A DNA stretch of 64,000 nt from Octopus vulgaris (taxonomy: Eukaryota). Position numbers and translations under genes: made by a program. The first letter of the stretch is position 1. The number at the start of each line of letters is the position of its first letter. The notes beneath the pieces were generated by a model. It searched no databases. It was not told the origin of the DNA and saw only the letters and a program-made list of their open reading frames with translations. Shown here piece after piece: positions 1-14,749 of this stretch. The stretch lies in NCBI GenBank assembly GCA_951406725.2, contig OX597832.1:30380001-30444000 (forward strand). Direction: 5' to 3'.

Positions 1-785
1 CTATCTATGTGTGTGTATGTATGTATATGTGTGTATAATTGTGTGTATCTGTGTGCGTATATACATACATACATATATCTATGTGTGTAAGTATTAGGTG
101 AAAAAGTTTTTAATAAAGCGAAGAGTCCTTGTGATTGCTCGTCCATGACACTGCTGTGAATTGCCTTGAGGCTGGTTTACAGATGTAATGAGTCTACACA
201 GATTAATTGATTAAAATTCCACCTGGAGTGAGGGGAAAGAATCATTAGGTTTGATGATTGAATCTTGGCTTTGAACTAAAGAGAGATAACTCTGGAAATG
301 TTTCGGTGTTATCAAACCTCTACAGCAAAGCGTTTTTATTATTCGCTGTCAGAGGAAAATTAAGGCATGCATTAGCATAATCACTTGGCTTTCTCACAAC
401 GTATAGAATTCTAATTAATTAACACTTCTTAATTCTTTTATATTATACTAACAGCTGCTATACCATTCGGCTTTCCTGTAGAGCGTGTCCCTAGATATTT
501 GACTTTTTGTATTTTGCTAAGTGATTAATAAGCATAGCTTAATTAAATTCTTTAATCAATACGATGTAATAAATAATATAATTGCTCCATATTTGATAGA
601 TTCTCTCTGACTTGAAACAACGTGAAATTTAGATGATTACATCTTTCGCTACACTCTCCTCTTCTTCCTTCTTTACTTGTCTCTGAAACCATATTTTGTG
701 GTGGTGGTTTCTTAAACGTCCCCGTATCCCCGTTACAGTAGAGGAATTTGATTTTTAGACGAGGAATTTTAATAACCTGTTTAAA

Positions 786-1495
786 TTGCATATAATTCTC
801 GCTCAAATTCTCGGTCCAGCCTCATTCAGATACTTGAAAACAGTTCTTTGCTATATTTGTACAATATTTCGCGAAGTTTGCCAGTCAAGGTGCCTCACGG
901 AATTTGGTACTGACTGGAAGAGTGCATCCTCCAAACAAGATTACGAGCCTCTTTACTTTTACTTTCTGCGTCCGTTCACCACCGAATCCTCAACAACTTT
1001 GAAATAATCACCAAGACAATATGATTGCATCAAACACAAGATGAAAACACACACACACACACCTAAAATTTAACTTCTTCTCCGTGCAACCAAGGCCTGA
1101 TCCTCATTGGAAGTACTATGTAGATCATGGCTGGCAAAGATCTTGTATAATGTGGACTATCGGTGACAGTACGAAGTGCAGCCACAATTTTTAGTCGAGA
1201 GATTCTTCAGGCAGCCAGCTATGACATCCAACAACTAGAACAGTATGTCTACCAAAAGGAACTTGTCTTGGTTCCAGATAAAAAGAAATACACGGATCAA
1301 GCTACCTCTGACATTTCACTCGGGTACGATAGTGATCCTCGATGCTTCTGGAACAAGTAAAACGTTTCTTGATTAATCTAGTTTTGGCAAAATTTCCTTC
1401 ACTCGACCCGATTGCTATTGCAGTCTGCTCAAGTGAAAGAACACAGTCACAAAGGTATCACACAAACAAGCCTACAAAAAAAAAACAACTTTAGA
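786..1495 (+). mobile_element. Degenerate Helitron Rep/helicase fragment
   Basis: ILAQILGPASFRYLKTV...TIFREVCQSRCL resembles the Helitron LL..V.GP.SF..L.TV...TF.EAC..RGL linker. Broken frames near 1420-1495 resemble the helicase C-terminus. Confidence 0.55.
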
Positions 1496-2863
1496 AATTT
1501 ACCTGTATTGCAATAAAGAATTTATATGCAAATATAATACAAGAACTGCACAAAAATTTGCTAAATTTAAACAAAAAAAATGTTTTTATATATTCGGCCC
1601 CCTGGCAACATTGAGTATGTCTGCTTGTGTGTAGATTGCGGTTGATGTGATTGCTCAACAGCCAACATATCGACATTAATATTGATAACAGTAAATCGAA
1701 AAGCTATGGCATATAGTGACTCTATGGGAGTTTTCTAATACAAAAACGTTACCCCAGACCCATTACACCAAACATATTTACTCCCCCCACACACACACAT
1801 TGCGATGTGGGTAATCGGCGAGGCCGTCATCCCTTGGTTAATCAAAACTAAGTTTTCACTTTCTGTATGTTTATAGACACGTTAGAGCTACCTTCGTAGT
1901 CGCCATTGTGAAGCAGAGCAACAACAACCATATTTGTCAATATTTAGGTTTCTTTGTTTTTTTGTATTTTCTTGTGGAAAATAAAGAAAGAAAACTGTTA
2001 ATCGTAAATTAATTTCAGCGCATATGTAAGATTGAATTTAATCAACAGTTTCATTTTAAAACATTTCCTGGGTCTTTGTGAAAAATCTAGAATATTTTCT
2101 GAAATGGCGGACACTATTTGAAGTTTATTAAATAGGAAAGGAAAATAAATACTGACAATTGTCCATTTCTAAAGCTACCAAATGTTAAAGCATCGATCAT
2201 TATCCTGGCGTCTGACGCCATCTTTACATTTCCCCCGTCAGCCATCTTATTCAGTTTACTTCATGCATTAAAGGAAAGTTTGATTTTTTTTAATAACACG
2301 TTGACATAGAACGCTAGAGCTAATATATTGTCAATAGGCCGACTTGGAGCACATCCGGTGTTCCTTATTTACTAGACACACAAAACCTGTGTCGCTATTA
2401 TTGCTTTCGTTTGATTGCATCAATTGACTATATTTGATCTAGAGAATGGCTAATTAATCAGTGTAATTGAATCTTGTTCAACGGAGATTCAATAATTATT
2501 GTGACATCCCATCTGAGTAGTCAAATATTTGTTCAGTGTTGAATCTATTCAGAACGCTGCCAGCCCCGCATTCTCATCGACGAGAAATTTTATTTATTTG
2601 TTGGGTTCTGTTAGCAAATTAATAGCTTATTTTTCCCAAGTAGATATGGCGTAAGGAGCGTCCTGTAAAACAATATTTCTCACCTATTCAGTGCACTGTG
2701 AAAATATAAATCCTGGCGAAGTGGTAATGGTGTCTTCAGAAACCACAAAATCTCCAACGAACGCTGCCTTGCTCCGTATTCGGTCGCGTCAAATGAAAGA
2801 TAAATCATTCTCTGAACTCGACACCAATCTATCGCAGGAAACAATTCACAGCTGCATTGAGTC

Positions 2864-2937
<74 letters not shown>

Positions 2938-3396
2938 AGCCGAGGGTCCATCAACTGGTCAGTCGAGTGTTCTGTCCAAATTCCCTCTGAAACACCAGCA
3001 GTCGACAGCTGCAGGAAAAGCTAAGGACAGGGCACCTATTTCAGAGAGTGGACAGTCCGAAGGAAGAAGAATTTAGAAGAGTGATTAAGGATCAGCTTAG
3101 GGGAGGCAATGTGGGTGATGAGGGGATACGAGGCGATTTGTGTCGGACGGTCCACGATGGAGATGACACGAGGTTAGTCAGAACCGAAGGACAAAGACGA
3201 CTATAGCAGCAAAAGAAACGGTGTGTGTGTGTGTGTGCGTGTGTGTATGTGCGTGTGTGTGCGTGTGTGTATGTGCGTGTGTGTATGTGCGTGTGTGTGC
3301 GCTATATTTTTGTGTTGAACTTGCACGGCAAATGATTTGATTGTTGATTCTGTTGAAATTAAAGCCGTTGTGGTAGTCACTGTAGCCATATAACAA

Positions 3397-3979
<583 letters not shown>

Positions 3980-4039
3980 TTTACTCTGCTATGTATTGAG
4001 TACCTTACTTACTGTGGTTAACCCCGAATCAACCCGGGA

Positions 4040-4095
<56 letters not shown>

Positions 4096-4384
4096 CACAC
4101 ACACACACACACTGTTGTTCGACTTGCTGGAAATATCAACTGCATCTCGCTTGAATCATACCCTACTGTTTTAAAAACGGGAGAACACGTTGCCTAATGT
4201 AATATCAGATACATTATAACTACATAAGAAAAAAGAAAATGGTCATGCCTAGAACGCCTTTAATATAGGTTTGTCCAATCAGAGACGAACTGGGGTTAAA
4301 CAACAATATTTAGGAATGCTTTAAAGATATCAGCGTAACTGTTTCATTAAAATATTCTAGGAACAGTATTAGATTTATAATAAT

Positions 4385-4606
4385 GGTTTCAAATTTTGGC
4401 AACAAAGCCAGTAATTTCAGAGAAGCGCGTAAGTGTAAGTCTGTTACATCTACCCCAGTGCTAAACTGGTACGTATTTAATCAACCCCAAAAGGATGAAA
4501 GGCAAAGTCGACTTCGGTGGAATTTGAACTCAGAACGTAAAGACGGACTAAATGCTGCTAAGCATGATGCCTGGCGTGCTGACCATTCTACCAGCTCACT
4601 GCCCAT
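4385..4606 (-). mobile_element. tRNA-derived SINE, family A
   Basis: Shares GAGCTGG(C/T)AGAA...GTTCTGAGTTCAAATTCC..GTCGACTTTGCCTTTCATCCTTT with more than 10 other copies in the window. Confidence 0.85.
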
Positions 4607-5510
4607 CTTAAATTTATAATATTCTGAAGTATTTCCATTTAATTCCAAAGATAATTGAAACCCTTAAATAACTTCTGAGAAACTATTTTAATTTTCTTGA
4701 TTCAATATTTTCTTATTTCTTAATTTACTCTCAGGTACAATCTCACATATATTAATTATTTTACCATCGTTTATTCTTAGAATTTGTTGCAATTTCCAGC
4801 ACCATTTTGCTGGTATGTGTAAGGGACAGAAGAGTTATTATTGTCGCTTAAACCACTCCAAATTATATAATTGGCACTGGATTTCATTCGCTCTCTCAAT
4901 CAACTTCTCCACAATACTCCGACTGTGCAACTTGTTAGGCTTCCTAGCATCTAATAAACCACATCCACCATTTCCAACTTTCCTTTCTATTTCACTATTA
5001 CATTTTCTCGTTTATTATTCTCTTCAATGTAATTCCTCCTTTTGTGGTGCCATTTCAAGTACGCTCTGCTTCTATAGCGGCGTTCTGTTGTCTACGACTG
5101 GCATCAACTAGATCACATGTTCTCCTCTAATTCCACTAAATTCTCCCATCCTCTTCCACACCTGCTTATTCAAAGTTTCCACTCACCAAAAACGAGATGT
5201 CGTTTTTCTCTTCTTTTTTTTTTTCTTATATGAAAGCCACAGCTGCGGCGATGAAATCACTAATTGCAAAATTGATAATTACTTATCACTTTCAGATAAT
5301 AACATTTACAATTGCTCTCGAGTTTTCCAGCATGTTTAGTTGCCTGCTAAATTGAAAAGAATATTTATCCAATTAACCTTAAAGTAGACACTCTGTAGGC
5401 TCAACGAAACACGTCTTCGATATTAAATATGATATTAAAAACGTACACCCAATGACAAGCATGAGGCATTGTTAAGGCTAAGAGAAGCTGAAACATGACT
5501 TTATTAAATA

Positions 5511-5902
5511 CTAGCAGTATCGCCCGGCGTTGCTCGGGTTTGTTTCGACCCTTTAGAATTGGAATTTTTGAAAAGTAAAAATTTTGCATTATGTAGCTTG
5601 TTATTTTCTTTAAGTGGACATGTTTCTGGTTGAAATACACCGAAAAATGGCGACACAGTAATAAAAAAAATCGTAAAAAAATAGGGATTTTCATAGAAAT
5701 AAAGCACCTTTTTGATGCAAATAATTTTTGGTGTTAATATGGTTCGATTTGAATTTTTTCTTTTATGGAATGAAGAGCAAGCCTTCTTCTATAATACTCT
5801 CAATTCTGGTCAACTTGCGCCGCAGGGTCTCGGAGGAGATAGTGTTAGTTGAAGCCTACCAAACCTGCCACACACAGACAACTTCAGCTTTATATTTAAA
5901 GA
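5511..5902 (-). mobile_element. Non-autonomous Helitron, complete
   Basis: Minus strand starts TC (5902-5901) and ends CTAG (5514-5511). GC hairpin CCCGGC-GTT-GCTCGGG at 5523-5538. Inserted between A and T with no TSD. Second copy at ~62883-63202. Confidence 0.8.
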
Positions 5903-7094
5903 TTTACCTTATGGATAGAAGGCATGAAGTTTGTCAGGCCTAACTTAGTCATTAGAAAGCTTGTTTTAATTTCATCTACAGATGATATCTACCTTTGTGT
6001 GTGTGTGTGTTGCATTCTGTATTGTCGTTATTGGTTTTTGTCGTTTCTTATAGACTTAAAAGAATCATCCTCACCCGGCAAAGCAGTAAATTCAAATCCC
6101 CAAGAAGTTAACTTTATTTATTTATTATTTTTTTTTTTGTGGAATCCATAAAAAGAAGTTAGCAGTAATAAACTGGCCAACTTAATCGATTCCATCCGAC
6201 AGTTCAGTCTCCAGCCCCTAATTTGTGGAAATGGCCCCATGTTATAAAACCTTTTTTTCCTCGAGGAATTCGACCAGTTTGCAGCGTTTATGGTCCGACT
6301 CCTCTTCCTCACCGAAAGATGATAAAAAGGAAACAGGACAAAAGGGCGAAACGAAGCAAGTCGTCTGTTTCTCCTTCGCTTTCATCCTGGTAACGAAACA
6401 AGTATTTTAATCTTTTTTTGTGGGTACTAACTGGGAGCAGAAAAGGGGATTGGGGTTGTAGAGGAGGGGTTAATAGTCCTAGAATAGGGGTGGTTAATAG
6501 CTGTAAAGGAGGAGGGTTCTAGTTGTAAAGGAAGAGAGTTTGATTGATTGATTGAACTAGTATTTCTTCGATTACGGAAATGAAAAACAAAATCAATTCC
6601 AAAGGATTTAAATTCAAAATATAAGAAATCTAACACAGGGAAGAGTTTAATCCAGCACTGTCATCTAATCCGGCACTGTCATCTAATCCGGTATCGTTTT
6701 GTTTCTCCTGCATTATGACACAAAGCTTGGACTTCGGTAGAAATAAGGGGAGGTAGAATTGTTTTTTGTTGGTTTGTTTTTGTTTTTTTTGTGTGTGTGT
6801 TTGCTATATTGATTCCAGTATTTGACTGTTACTTTGTCAACCCTGGAAAGATGAGAAACGGAGTAGATTTTTGGCGGGATTTGAAATCAGAATGTGTCGA
6901 TACAAACAAAATACCAAGCTTTTCTTGTTTTCCCATTTCTGCTAAGAATATACAAAGAATAAACAAACTTTTCTAAAATCCTTAGCCACGTGTCTGGTGA
7001 ATGTTATTTTGGAATTATACAATCGGTGAGTTTCCATTTGCCGTGGACTAATAGAATCGTGTCAGGTAGACACATGTGTGCGTTTGTATACGCG

Positions 7095-7145
<51 letters not shown>

Positions 7146-7790
7146 GCATGCACACAAACATCCACACATCATCGTTTTCTTTACAATCTGATTATTATTT
7201 ACTTACAATTTCAAAGATTCTGTTTCTATCAAGAATTTTGTTTCAAAATTATTATTATTGCCGCATCGAGTGGTCAGTCCTGTCAAAGGTCTGTTTATTC
7301 TAAATCCCCGGCTCCCACCACGCTTTCTCCCCGTGATAAAATATTTCAGCATCTTTCCTACGTCCATACCATTCGCCATGTCTGAAGACAATGAGAGGAA
7401 TATCTTCATAGAACAACTAAACATTACATTATCGAACGTTAGATTATTGAACACCTGTAAAATCAACATGATTGACTTCTGTTGTTTGTTTTCACTGTTT
7501 CAGCGATTTAACTATTTCGCAACGGTAATTTTCCTTCTCGTATTCTTAAAAATACGTGGAAAAGAAGAAAAAATAAAACAAAATAAAGAAAAAAAAAGGT
7601 CGGTGATATGATTGTTGTTGTTATTGGTGATGTAAAGTTGATGTTTAAGACAACCAAACTATTACATATAATTATTTCCATGGTAACAATAAAACCATGA
7701 TAGATTTAAGATGGTCTTTGAAAAGCATTCAAAGATTACCGGTAACAGCAATCTGATCGGAGTATACTGGATATTATAAAGGAATCCATT

Positions 7791-7830
<40 letters not shown>

Positions 7831-8396
7831 CACACACACACAAAGTAAAATAGGGGTTATGGGTGTAACCCACTATGGGATATCATTTATCCAATATACT
7901 GTTGGTAAAGTACCCAGATTCTTAATACATAAATGTTTTTAATTGCAATGCAATTAACTCATTTATTGTATTAAACGGGTGAAGGTAAAGAAATAGTTTT
8001 ACCGTAAATTTATAATACAAATAAGAAAATGGAGAAACAAATTTGGTTTGTTCATCAATATATATATATATATATATACAAACACACATACGTACATATA
8101 TACATACATATGTACACACACTCATGCTTAGGGAGACACACACACACACATATATATATATAGGCATACGTGTGTGTATGTGCACGTGCGCATATATATG
8201 TATGCATACATCGCCGACTTAGAATGCTATTTACCTGAAATATTGATGTCGCCATATCAGATATCATCCGACTTGAAATATCTTCCCATGAAGGATATAT
8301 CGCCATTTGCCATCATCTTGTGGGTGGAAGACAATTGCAAATCTGTTTAGTTTCATGGCGAACTAATTGAATTTAGAATGAATAAACCTTATCTTG

Positions 8397-8737
8397 GCAC
8401 TCCGTCGGTTACGATGACAAGGGTTCCAGTTGATCCGATCGATGGAACAGCCTACACGTGAACTCCCCGAAATCTACCCGAAAACACGTAGTTTTCAGGG
8501 AATTTCAGCATGACAGAATGTGACAAGGCTGGCCCTTTTGAAATACAGGTACAACAGAAACAGGAAGAAAGAGTGAGAGAAAGTTGTGGTGAAAGAGTAC
8601 AACAGGGTTCGCCACCACCTCCTGCCGGATCTTCGTGGAGCTTTAGGTGTTTTTGCTCAATAAACACTCACAACGCTCGGTCTGGGAATCGAAACCGCGA
8701 TCCTACGACCGCGAGTCCACTGACCCAATGCCTCTCC
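8397..8737 (-). mobile_element. tRNA-derived SINE, family C with tail type 2
   Basis: Same head as 3444-3744 but a different 3' tail, shared with 30876-31259. Confidence 0.85.
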
Positions 8738-9139
8738 ACAAAACCGTATCAATACACACATAAATCAAAGATCAGATCAATTTGGCTGGAACTGTTACTG
8801 TACAACAAGAACAACTTCAAAAGTGGGGAATGATAGAAGCAGTAATGTTGGACGAAATTAAAGCTGACTTTGTATAAGACAGATACCAGTTATATAATGG
8901 AGTCGCTTCAGCTGATTATATAACTCAGCGTTGTGCTGATATGAGAAAGCCAAAGCAGCGGGAAAATACATTGAAATATTATGTACCTCTGTGTTCAATG
9001 TTCAAATCCCACTTCAGTCAACCCTTTCAACCATCCAGGGGCAAGAAGTACCAGTAACGAACTGGTTCCATCTCATAGGTTGTACCTCTCATCCAAAATA
9101 TATGTGGTCTTGCGCCTGGAAATCATTATTATTTTGGAT

Positions 9140-9490
9140 TCAAATTTTTTGCACAAGGCCAGCAATTTAGGGGGAATGGATAAATCGATTACATCAACTG
9201 GTACTTAATTTATCGACCCCGAAAGGATGAAAAGCGAAGTCGACCTCGGCAGTATTTGAACTCAGAAGGCAAAGTCGGAAAAGAAATGGCGCTAAGCATT
9301 TTTGCTGGTGCGATAACGATTCCGGCAGCTACCCGCCTTAAAGAGTTCAAATTCAACCGAGGTCGACTTTGCCTTTCATCCTTTCGGGGTCGATAAATTA
9401 AGTACCAGTTGCGTACTGGGATCGATCTAATCAACTGCTCCCCCCCCCTCTCCAAAAATTTCGGGCCTTGTGCCTCGAGAAGAGAATAGA
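9140..9490. mobile_element. Two adjacent family A SINEs in opposite orientation
   Basis: Minus copy ~9140-9338 and 5'-truncated plus copy ~9343-9490. Confidence 0.8.
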
Positions 9491-9583
9491 AACCTGATTA
9501 GATACATAAAAATATTCAGTGCTTTAGGTTCTGCGATCGAATCTCTGCGTAGTTGCCTCGCTTGGTTTTTCCTCGAAAGTTGA

Positions 9584-9965
9584 CAGGAGTGGCTGTGTGG
9601 TAAGTATCTTGCTTACGAACCGCATGGTTCCGGGTTCAGTCCCACTGCGTGGCACCTTGGGCAAGTGCCTTCTACTATAGCCTCGGGCCGACCAAAGCCT
9701 TGTGAGTGGATTTGGTAGACGGAAACTGAAAGAAGCCCGTCGTATATATGTATATATATATGTATGTGTGTGTTTGTGTGTCTGTGTTTGTCCCCCCAAC
9801 ATCGCTTGATGCTGGTGTGTTTACGTTCCCGTAACTTAGCGGTTCGGCAAAAGAGACCGACAGAATAAGTACTGAGCTTACAAAGAATACGTCCTGGGGT
9901 CGATTTGTTCGACAAAAGGCGGTGCTCCAGAATGGCCGCAGTCAAATGACTGAAACAAGTAAAAG
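9584..9965 (+). mobile_element. tRNA-derived SINE, family B (CORE-like ACCTTGGGCAAG block, internal TA/TG tract)
   Basis: CAGGAGTGGCTGTGTGGTAAG...GGTTCAGTCCC..ACCTTGGGCAAG, ending TGACTGAAACAAGTAAAAG. At least 8 copies in the window. Confidence 0.88.
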
Positions 9966-10595
9966 CGTATCCACAATTACAATAAGCGCATGTTCTCTGG
10001 TCTGTAACTCGTGCCAGCAAACCAGAAAACCATTATTGTAATCAAAACTTAAGAATCTGAAACTCTAAGTGGAACATATATTGGTTTAAATCATTGGTGT
10101 TTTTTCTAAAGAGTTCTTCATGTCACAATATGAGAGAAAGGAATACTTTGTCAGGAAAGAACAATACGTGTGCAATCAAAAACCTACGCCAGACAAAACC
10201 GTTTTCGCTAAAAGTCTGCTTCTGTAGTCACCGTCAGGCATAATGGTTTTTTGTTTCTTTGTTTGTTTTTTCTTCTTCTTCTGAATATCATTGCTTTCTT
10301 TCTTTTCTCTGTCTTCCAGAGAATTACGTTTTATTCCTGCAGCGATGCCAAAAATCAAAATTAGAAAAGTCAGCCACCTGGGGCTCCTGGCGAACAATTA
10401 GCAACACCCCGAATAGTTGGCAAATGACACTCATACCGAGATTACGGGTTTTGTCCATAAACCACTCATAATATGTCATTATGATATGCGATACAAATAA
10501 ACACACTGATGATAATGGTAATAATAATAAGAAGAAGAACAACAACAATAACAATAACAATGATAATAAAAATAAAAATGATAACAATAGTAATA

Positions 10596-10635
<40 letters not shown>

Positions 10636-10749
10636 AATTATGATTAATAGAGTGCGTGAGATGAATTATTGTGATGTGGTCAACGATTGAGGAAGAATAA
10701 TCTCCGTGTGAAAATGGTTCCAAAGTTGTTGGTGTTTCATACTCCCCAC

Positions 10750-10780
<31 letters not shown>

Positions 10781-11473
10781 ACATACACACACACACACAC
10801 AGTCAGCTAATAAATGATGGGGTTGGGGTGGGGGTAATGTTTAGTAATAGGGATGTTCACAGATATATTTCTAGAGTTTCCAGATAGATATTGGTTGTGA
10901 TGTAGATTTAGAGTGTTAAGTAAGACAAAGTAAAACCGAATATTTTTGAAAAGCGTTCGATTATCGTCATCGGTTGGTCGTGTCAGGTATATCAGAAAGG
11001 ACAGGATCAATGACTTATTACGTTATAAGATGACAAAAATGCAAAAAAAAAATAAAGGATAGAAGACCTTAAAAGTTAAGAGACGGATGCAATGGATTAA
11101 AATAATTTCATTATATTATTGGTACTTTGTCGACTCCGGAAGGATGAAATTGTAAAGTCGATTGCGGGATTTGAACTCGGAACTTAACTAAACGCTGCGA
11201 AATATTTTGTCTGTTACTCTACAGTTTCTGCCATAATCCGTCCTTAACACAATGGATTTCATAGAGAGGGAACAGTCATAGATATCGACCCTTGTACATA
11301 ACTGGTCCTTAATCTTACCGGAGAGATGAAAGGTTAAGTTGGCCTCAGTGGAATTTGAGCTTGGAACGAAGTCAGCCTTATCAAACGGGTAATCATGATG
11401 GGTAAGTCGGGCTTCGTATATTTGTACCCCAGTGTCATTTTGATGGCATGCACTGCTCTCTCACTCAATAATG

Positions 11474-11515
<42 letters not shown>

Positions 11516-12967
11516 GGAGAAAGAGGAGGAGATTGTGAAACCCAAAGGTTCGGACATAATAGGTGCAATGCAGGTTCGTCACTCTGCGCATGTCTAGGAC
11601 TGACCCCCCTGGCAGCACTTCCGTGCCAGTAGAATTTATCTCGAACCTATAGTGCATTTGCTTAGGAATATTGTCTCTAAGAACATATTTATCTCAATAA
11701 ACTTCGTGTGTTTGCACACACCAAGCTCTAGGGGACGTCAAAGGCTACCAGATACAATGTTTCGGCGTGAAAAATATCTCCGCATACACACACATACACA
11801 CAAACACATGCGCGCGCGCGCCAGCATATCGATGCTGGTGTGGATTAGCATTTACGACTTAGGTTAGAGCGCGCACCCTAACACCTTGGGCAAGAGTTTT
11901 TATCAAAGTCACGAGTGAACCCAACTTCCTGGCAGCTTCTTTGCCAGTTGAGTGAGACATTTGTCAGTGGGAGACTGTACGGAAGACCATGGGACGGACG
12001 GACTGTAACCCTAATGGAAGAGTTCAGTCTCGTCGGACTGTGTCACGCTGACTCAATTTGAGAATTACGTTAACAACTTACATGTCTCTGGAGTACTCAG
12101 CCACATAGCACTTTAGTTCAGTGACTAGATCGTCGAATTGATCGAAAAACTGGACGTTGAGGAGTTGAAATAAATGGGAGAATCTATCATATATGCTGTC
12201 GATTCTGATTCTTTGCGACATTCAAACTAGCAGACACATTTCTAGGGTATGGAGAGATATTCGAGGAATATGTTTCCAGTAAAGAACCGCAATAGCTGTA
12301 TTTTCAATTAGGAGCCAAAAATGAATTTAGTAGACATTCACCAGAAAAATAAGATTGTTCTGAGAATCGGCGACATTTTAGAAAGGGACCCTGAACATTG
12401 CATATTCTTTCGGTATATCTATAGATCCAAATTTTGTATTTGTTCAAAATATATTTAACCATCATGCAGATTTTCAACTTTTATTTCTAGGTTAAACATA
12501 TTCTAAAGGTTTCTCAACAGTTATGATAATCCATGGATTATCTCGTGATTTTTGTAGACATTCACACCAATTTTTAGAAATGAATAAATGAGACCCAATG
12601 AATTGCTTAGTAACAGACACATATGTTTATTAATTTAGAATAAAATATTACAGTCGTAAGTGTAGTTCTGGTCAGTTAAGTATGATTATTTATATTACTA
12701 GCTGGCTACAAGCATGGCGACGGCCTGACATAAGTCAGGGAACAAGATTAATATTAACCCAAAACATTTGCGGATCCCTAAAGCCAGTGCATAACTCTGG
12801 ATTCAATTGCTTTAAACAAAAAAGATAATCTCCAAAAAATATTTCATTCAGGTTAATTGTCACCGAGTTTCCACACCGGAAACATCCTAAAGCCAATAGG
12901 AGACGTAAACACTCAACTCATGTTTCTACCGCCTAATGCCTCATCTGTTTGGATGAGTCACCTCTTC

Positions 12968-13052
<85 letters not shown>

Positions 13053-13144
13053 ACACACACACACACACACACACACAATTTTGAGGTGAACTATACACCA
13101 GTCATGTGCAAATAAAAAAAAGAAAATGTCGATATTTAACTCAC

Positions 13145-13190
13145 TTGAACTCGTGCTTCCGTTAAATCAATCCGCATAGCTAACTCCTCT
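13145..13190 (-). CDS. Arx: Arx/aristaless 46-nt homeobox microexon encoding (R)EELAMRIDLTEARVQ
   Basis: Acceptor tttattttccag|A at 13191/13190; donor CAA|GTGAGT at 13145/13144. AG from the previous exon plus A gives AGA (Arg), so the frame joins. The downstream intron falls at the classic PRD-class Q|VWFQN position. Confidence 0.93.
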
Positions 13191-13274
13191 CTGGAAAATA
13201 AAGATTTTTCTTTTAACATACAATAATAATAATAATAAATGATTGAATAATAATTTTTTATTAAAATAATAGCT

Positions 13275-13465
13275 TTCGATTTAGTGTTGTCTATTCTATA
13301 TTTGATATAATTGGTTCTTAATGCATGCTCGTTGGCAGCATAGATTAGAACCTCCGTATCCAGTTTTAAATCACTTTTAGTCATCCACAGCCATTTTTTT
13401 CTCTGTCTGTCTTATCTTCAACATCCCTATGACATTTTCCATTCATTCTTTTCTTTATCCACCTA
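13275..13465 (-). mobile_element. R4/Dong-type (RLE) non-LTR retrotransposon fragment
   Basis: WMTKSDLKLDTEVLIYAANEHALRTNYIKYRID matches the WL..G.LK.ETE..I.AAQ.QAL.TN motif found C-terminal to the RT. Confidence 0.7.
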
Positions 13466-13474
13466 TTAGAAAGG

Positions 13475-13518
<44 letters not shown>

Positions 13519-14103
13519 GATTCCAGTGAAAGGTAGGTCTAAATCTTGACTGAAAAACTAATGAAAGACTATCTCAAAGAGAGTCGCCATTAGTATGCCT
13601 TCTGAGAATAAGTCGATAGCTTTAAATATTTGAGAATTATGATTCCTTCAGGTGAGAAAAAGTATCATAGAAATAAAGTTGATGATTGGACAGATCAGAA
13701 CTTCTTGTGGTGAAATCAAATATGCATTGTTAAATAAAAAGCTATCATTAAAAGTAAGAATTTTAGGAGACACACATAAAACTCATTCCTATATATTTCT
13801 GTAACTTGGGACATTAATTACCAAATGCAAATGCTTATCAAAGCTGCAAATGAGTGATCCTTCAGACTAATGATGAAGATACGCAGGAAGTGTAATATCT
13901 GCCAAAGTCCTTAGATGAGCCAAGGTTTCCAGAAAGCTTCTTATCATCATAAGGAGGTGAAGCAAATAAGCTTAGCTCACTGGACATTATATGAGAAGAT
14001 AAAGACTTGGTGAAAATTAGAGGAGAGAAAATACTTGACCTTTCCAGCTGGTTACTGGAAGATCAACCTCATAAGTTATATGTGGGAGAGAATGGTGTGG
14101 AAG

Positions 14104-14532
14104 TGCATGATCACCTACTCCTGCGGGCACGTTACATGGAGTCTCTGACGCCTGTGGACGCGGCATATGGAGTCCCCGACGCTTTCGGGCACAGCGCATA
14201 GTCTCCAATTCCTGTGGGTATGGCACATGGAGTCTCCGACGCATGTGGGCATGGCACATGGAGTCTCCGACGCATGTGGACGCGGAATATGGAGTCTCTG
14301 ACGCCTGTGGACGCGGTATATGGAGTCTCCGATGCTCTCGGGCACAGCGCATAGTCTCCAATGCCTGTGAGCATGGCACATGGACTCTCCGATGCCTGTG
14401 GGCATGGCACATGGAGTCTCTGACGCTTGCGAGCACACCACATGGAGTCTCCGATGCCTGTGGGTATGGTACATGGTGTCTCCGATGCCTGTATCCACGC
14501 ACATGGAGGCACTGACACCTGTAGGCTTGGCG
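14104..14532. repeat. GC-rich 31-bp minisatellite, about 13-14 units
   Basis: Consensus ACATGGAGTCTCCGATGCCTGTGGGCATGGC. Units are 29-31 nt, with a higher-order duplication. Confidence 0.9.
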
Positions 14533-14749
14533 CATAAAGAACAATAAATAATATTCACAAATTTTCTTTATTTCTCGTCACTGGGGAAAAAAAAAACTAA
14601 AACGCGAGTAAATTCCCGTGAAGGGGTTTTATAGTTAAAAGTCTCACTACAGCAACTTAAAACATCAGATTTTTTTCAGTAACCATTCAGTGTAGAACGG
14701 AAAATCAACTCCCTTTACACGTGCAGTAGTTTGTATTCGCTAATGTATG

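Noticed and set aside
630-695. Possible third homeobox exon (IWFQR... on minus)
   Set aside because: Reads IWFQRQVKK rather than VWFQNRRAK, has no AG acceptor before it, and stops soon after.
10176-10397. Signal-peptide-like short ORF
   Set aside because: Non-ATG start, runs into low-complexity A-rich sequence, and no supporting exon structure.
13136-13384. 82-aa ORF fusing a LINE peptide to the homeodomain helix
   Set aside because: Chance read-through from a LINE remnant across the polypyrimidine tract into the true 46-nt exon.
14104-14532. CRISPR-like array or His/Cys-rich protein
   Set aside because: The variable halves are mutually homologous rather than unique spacers, there are no cas genes and the context is eukaryotic. 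The open frames follow from the repeat unit lacking stops.
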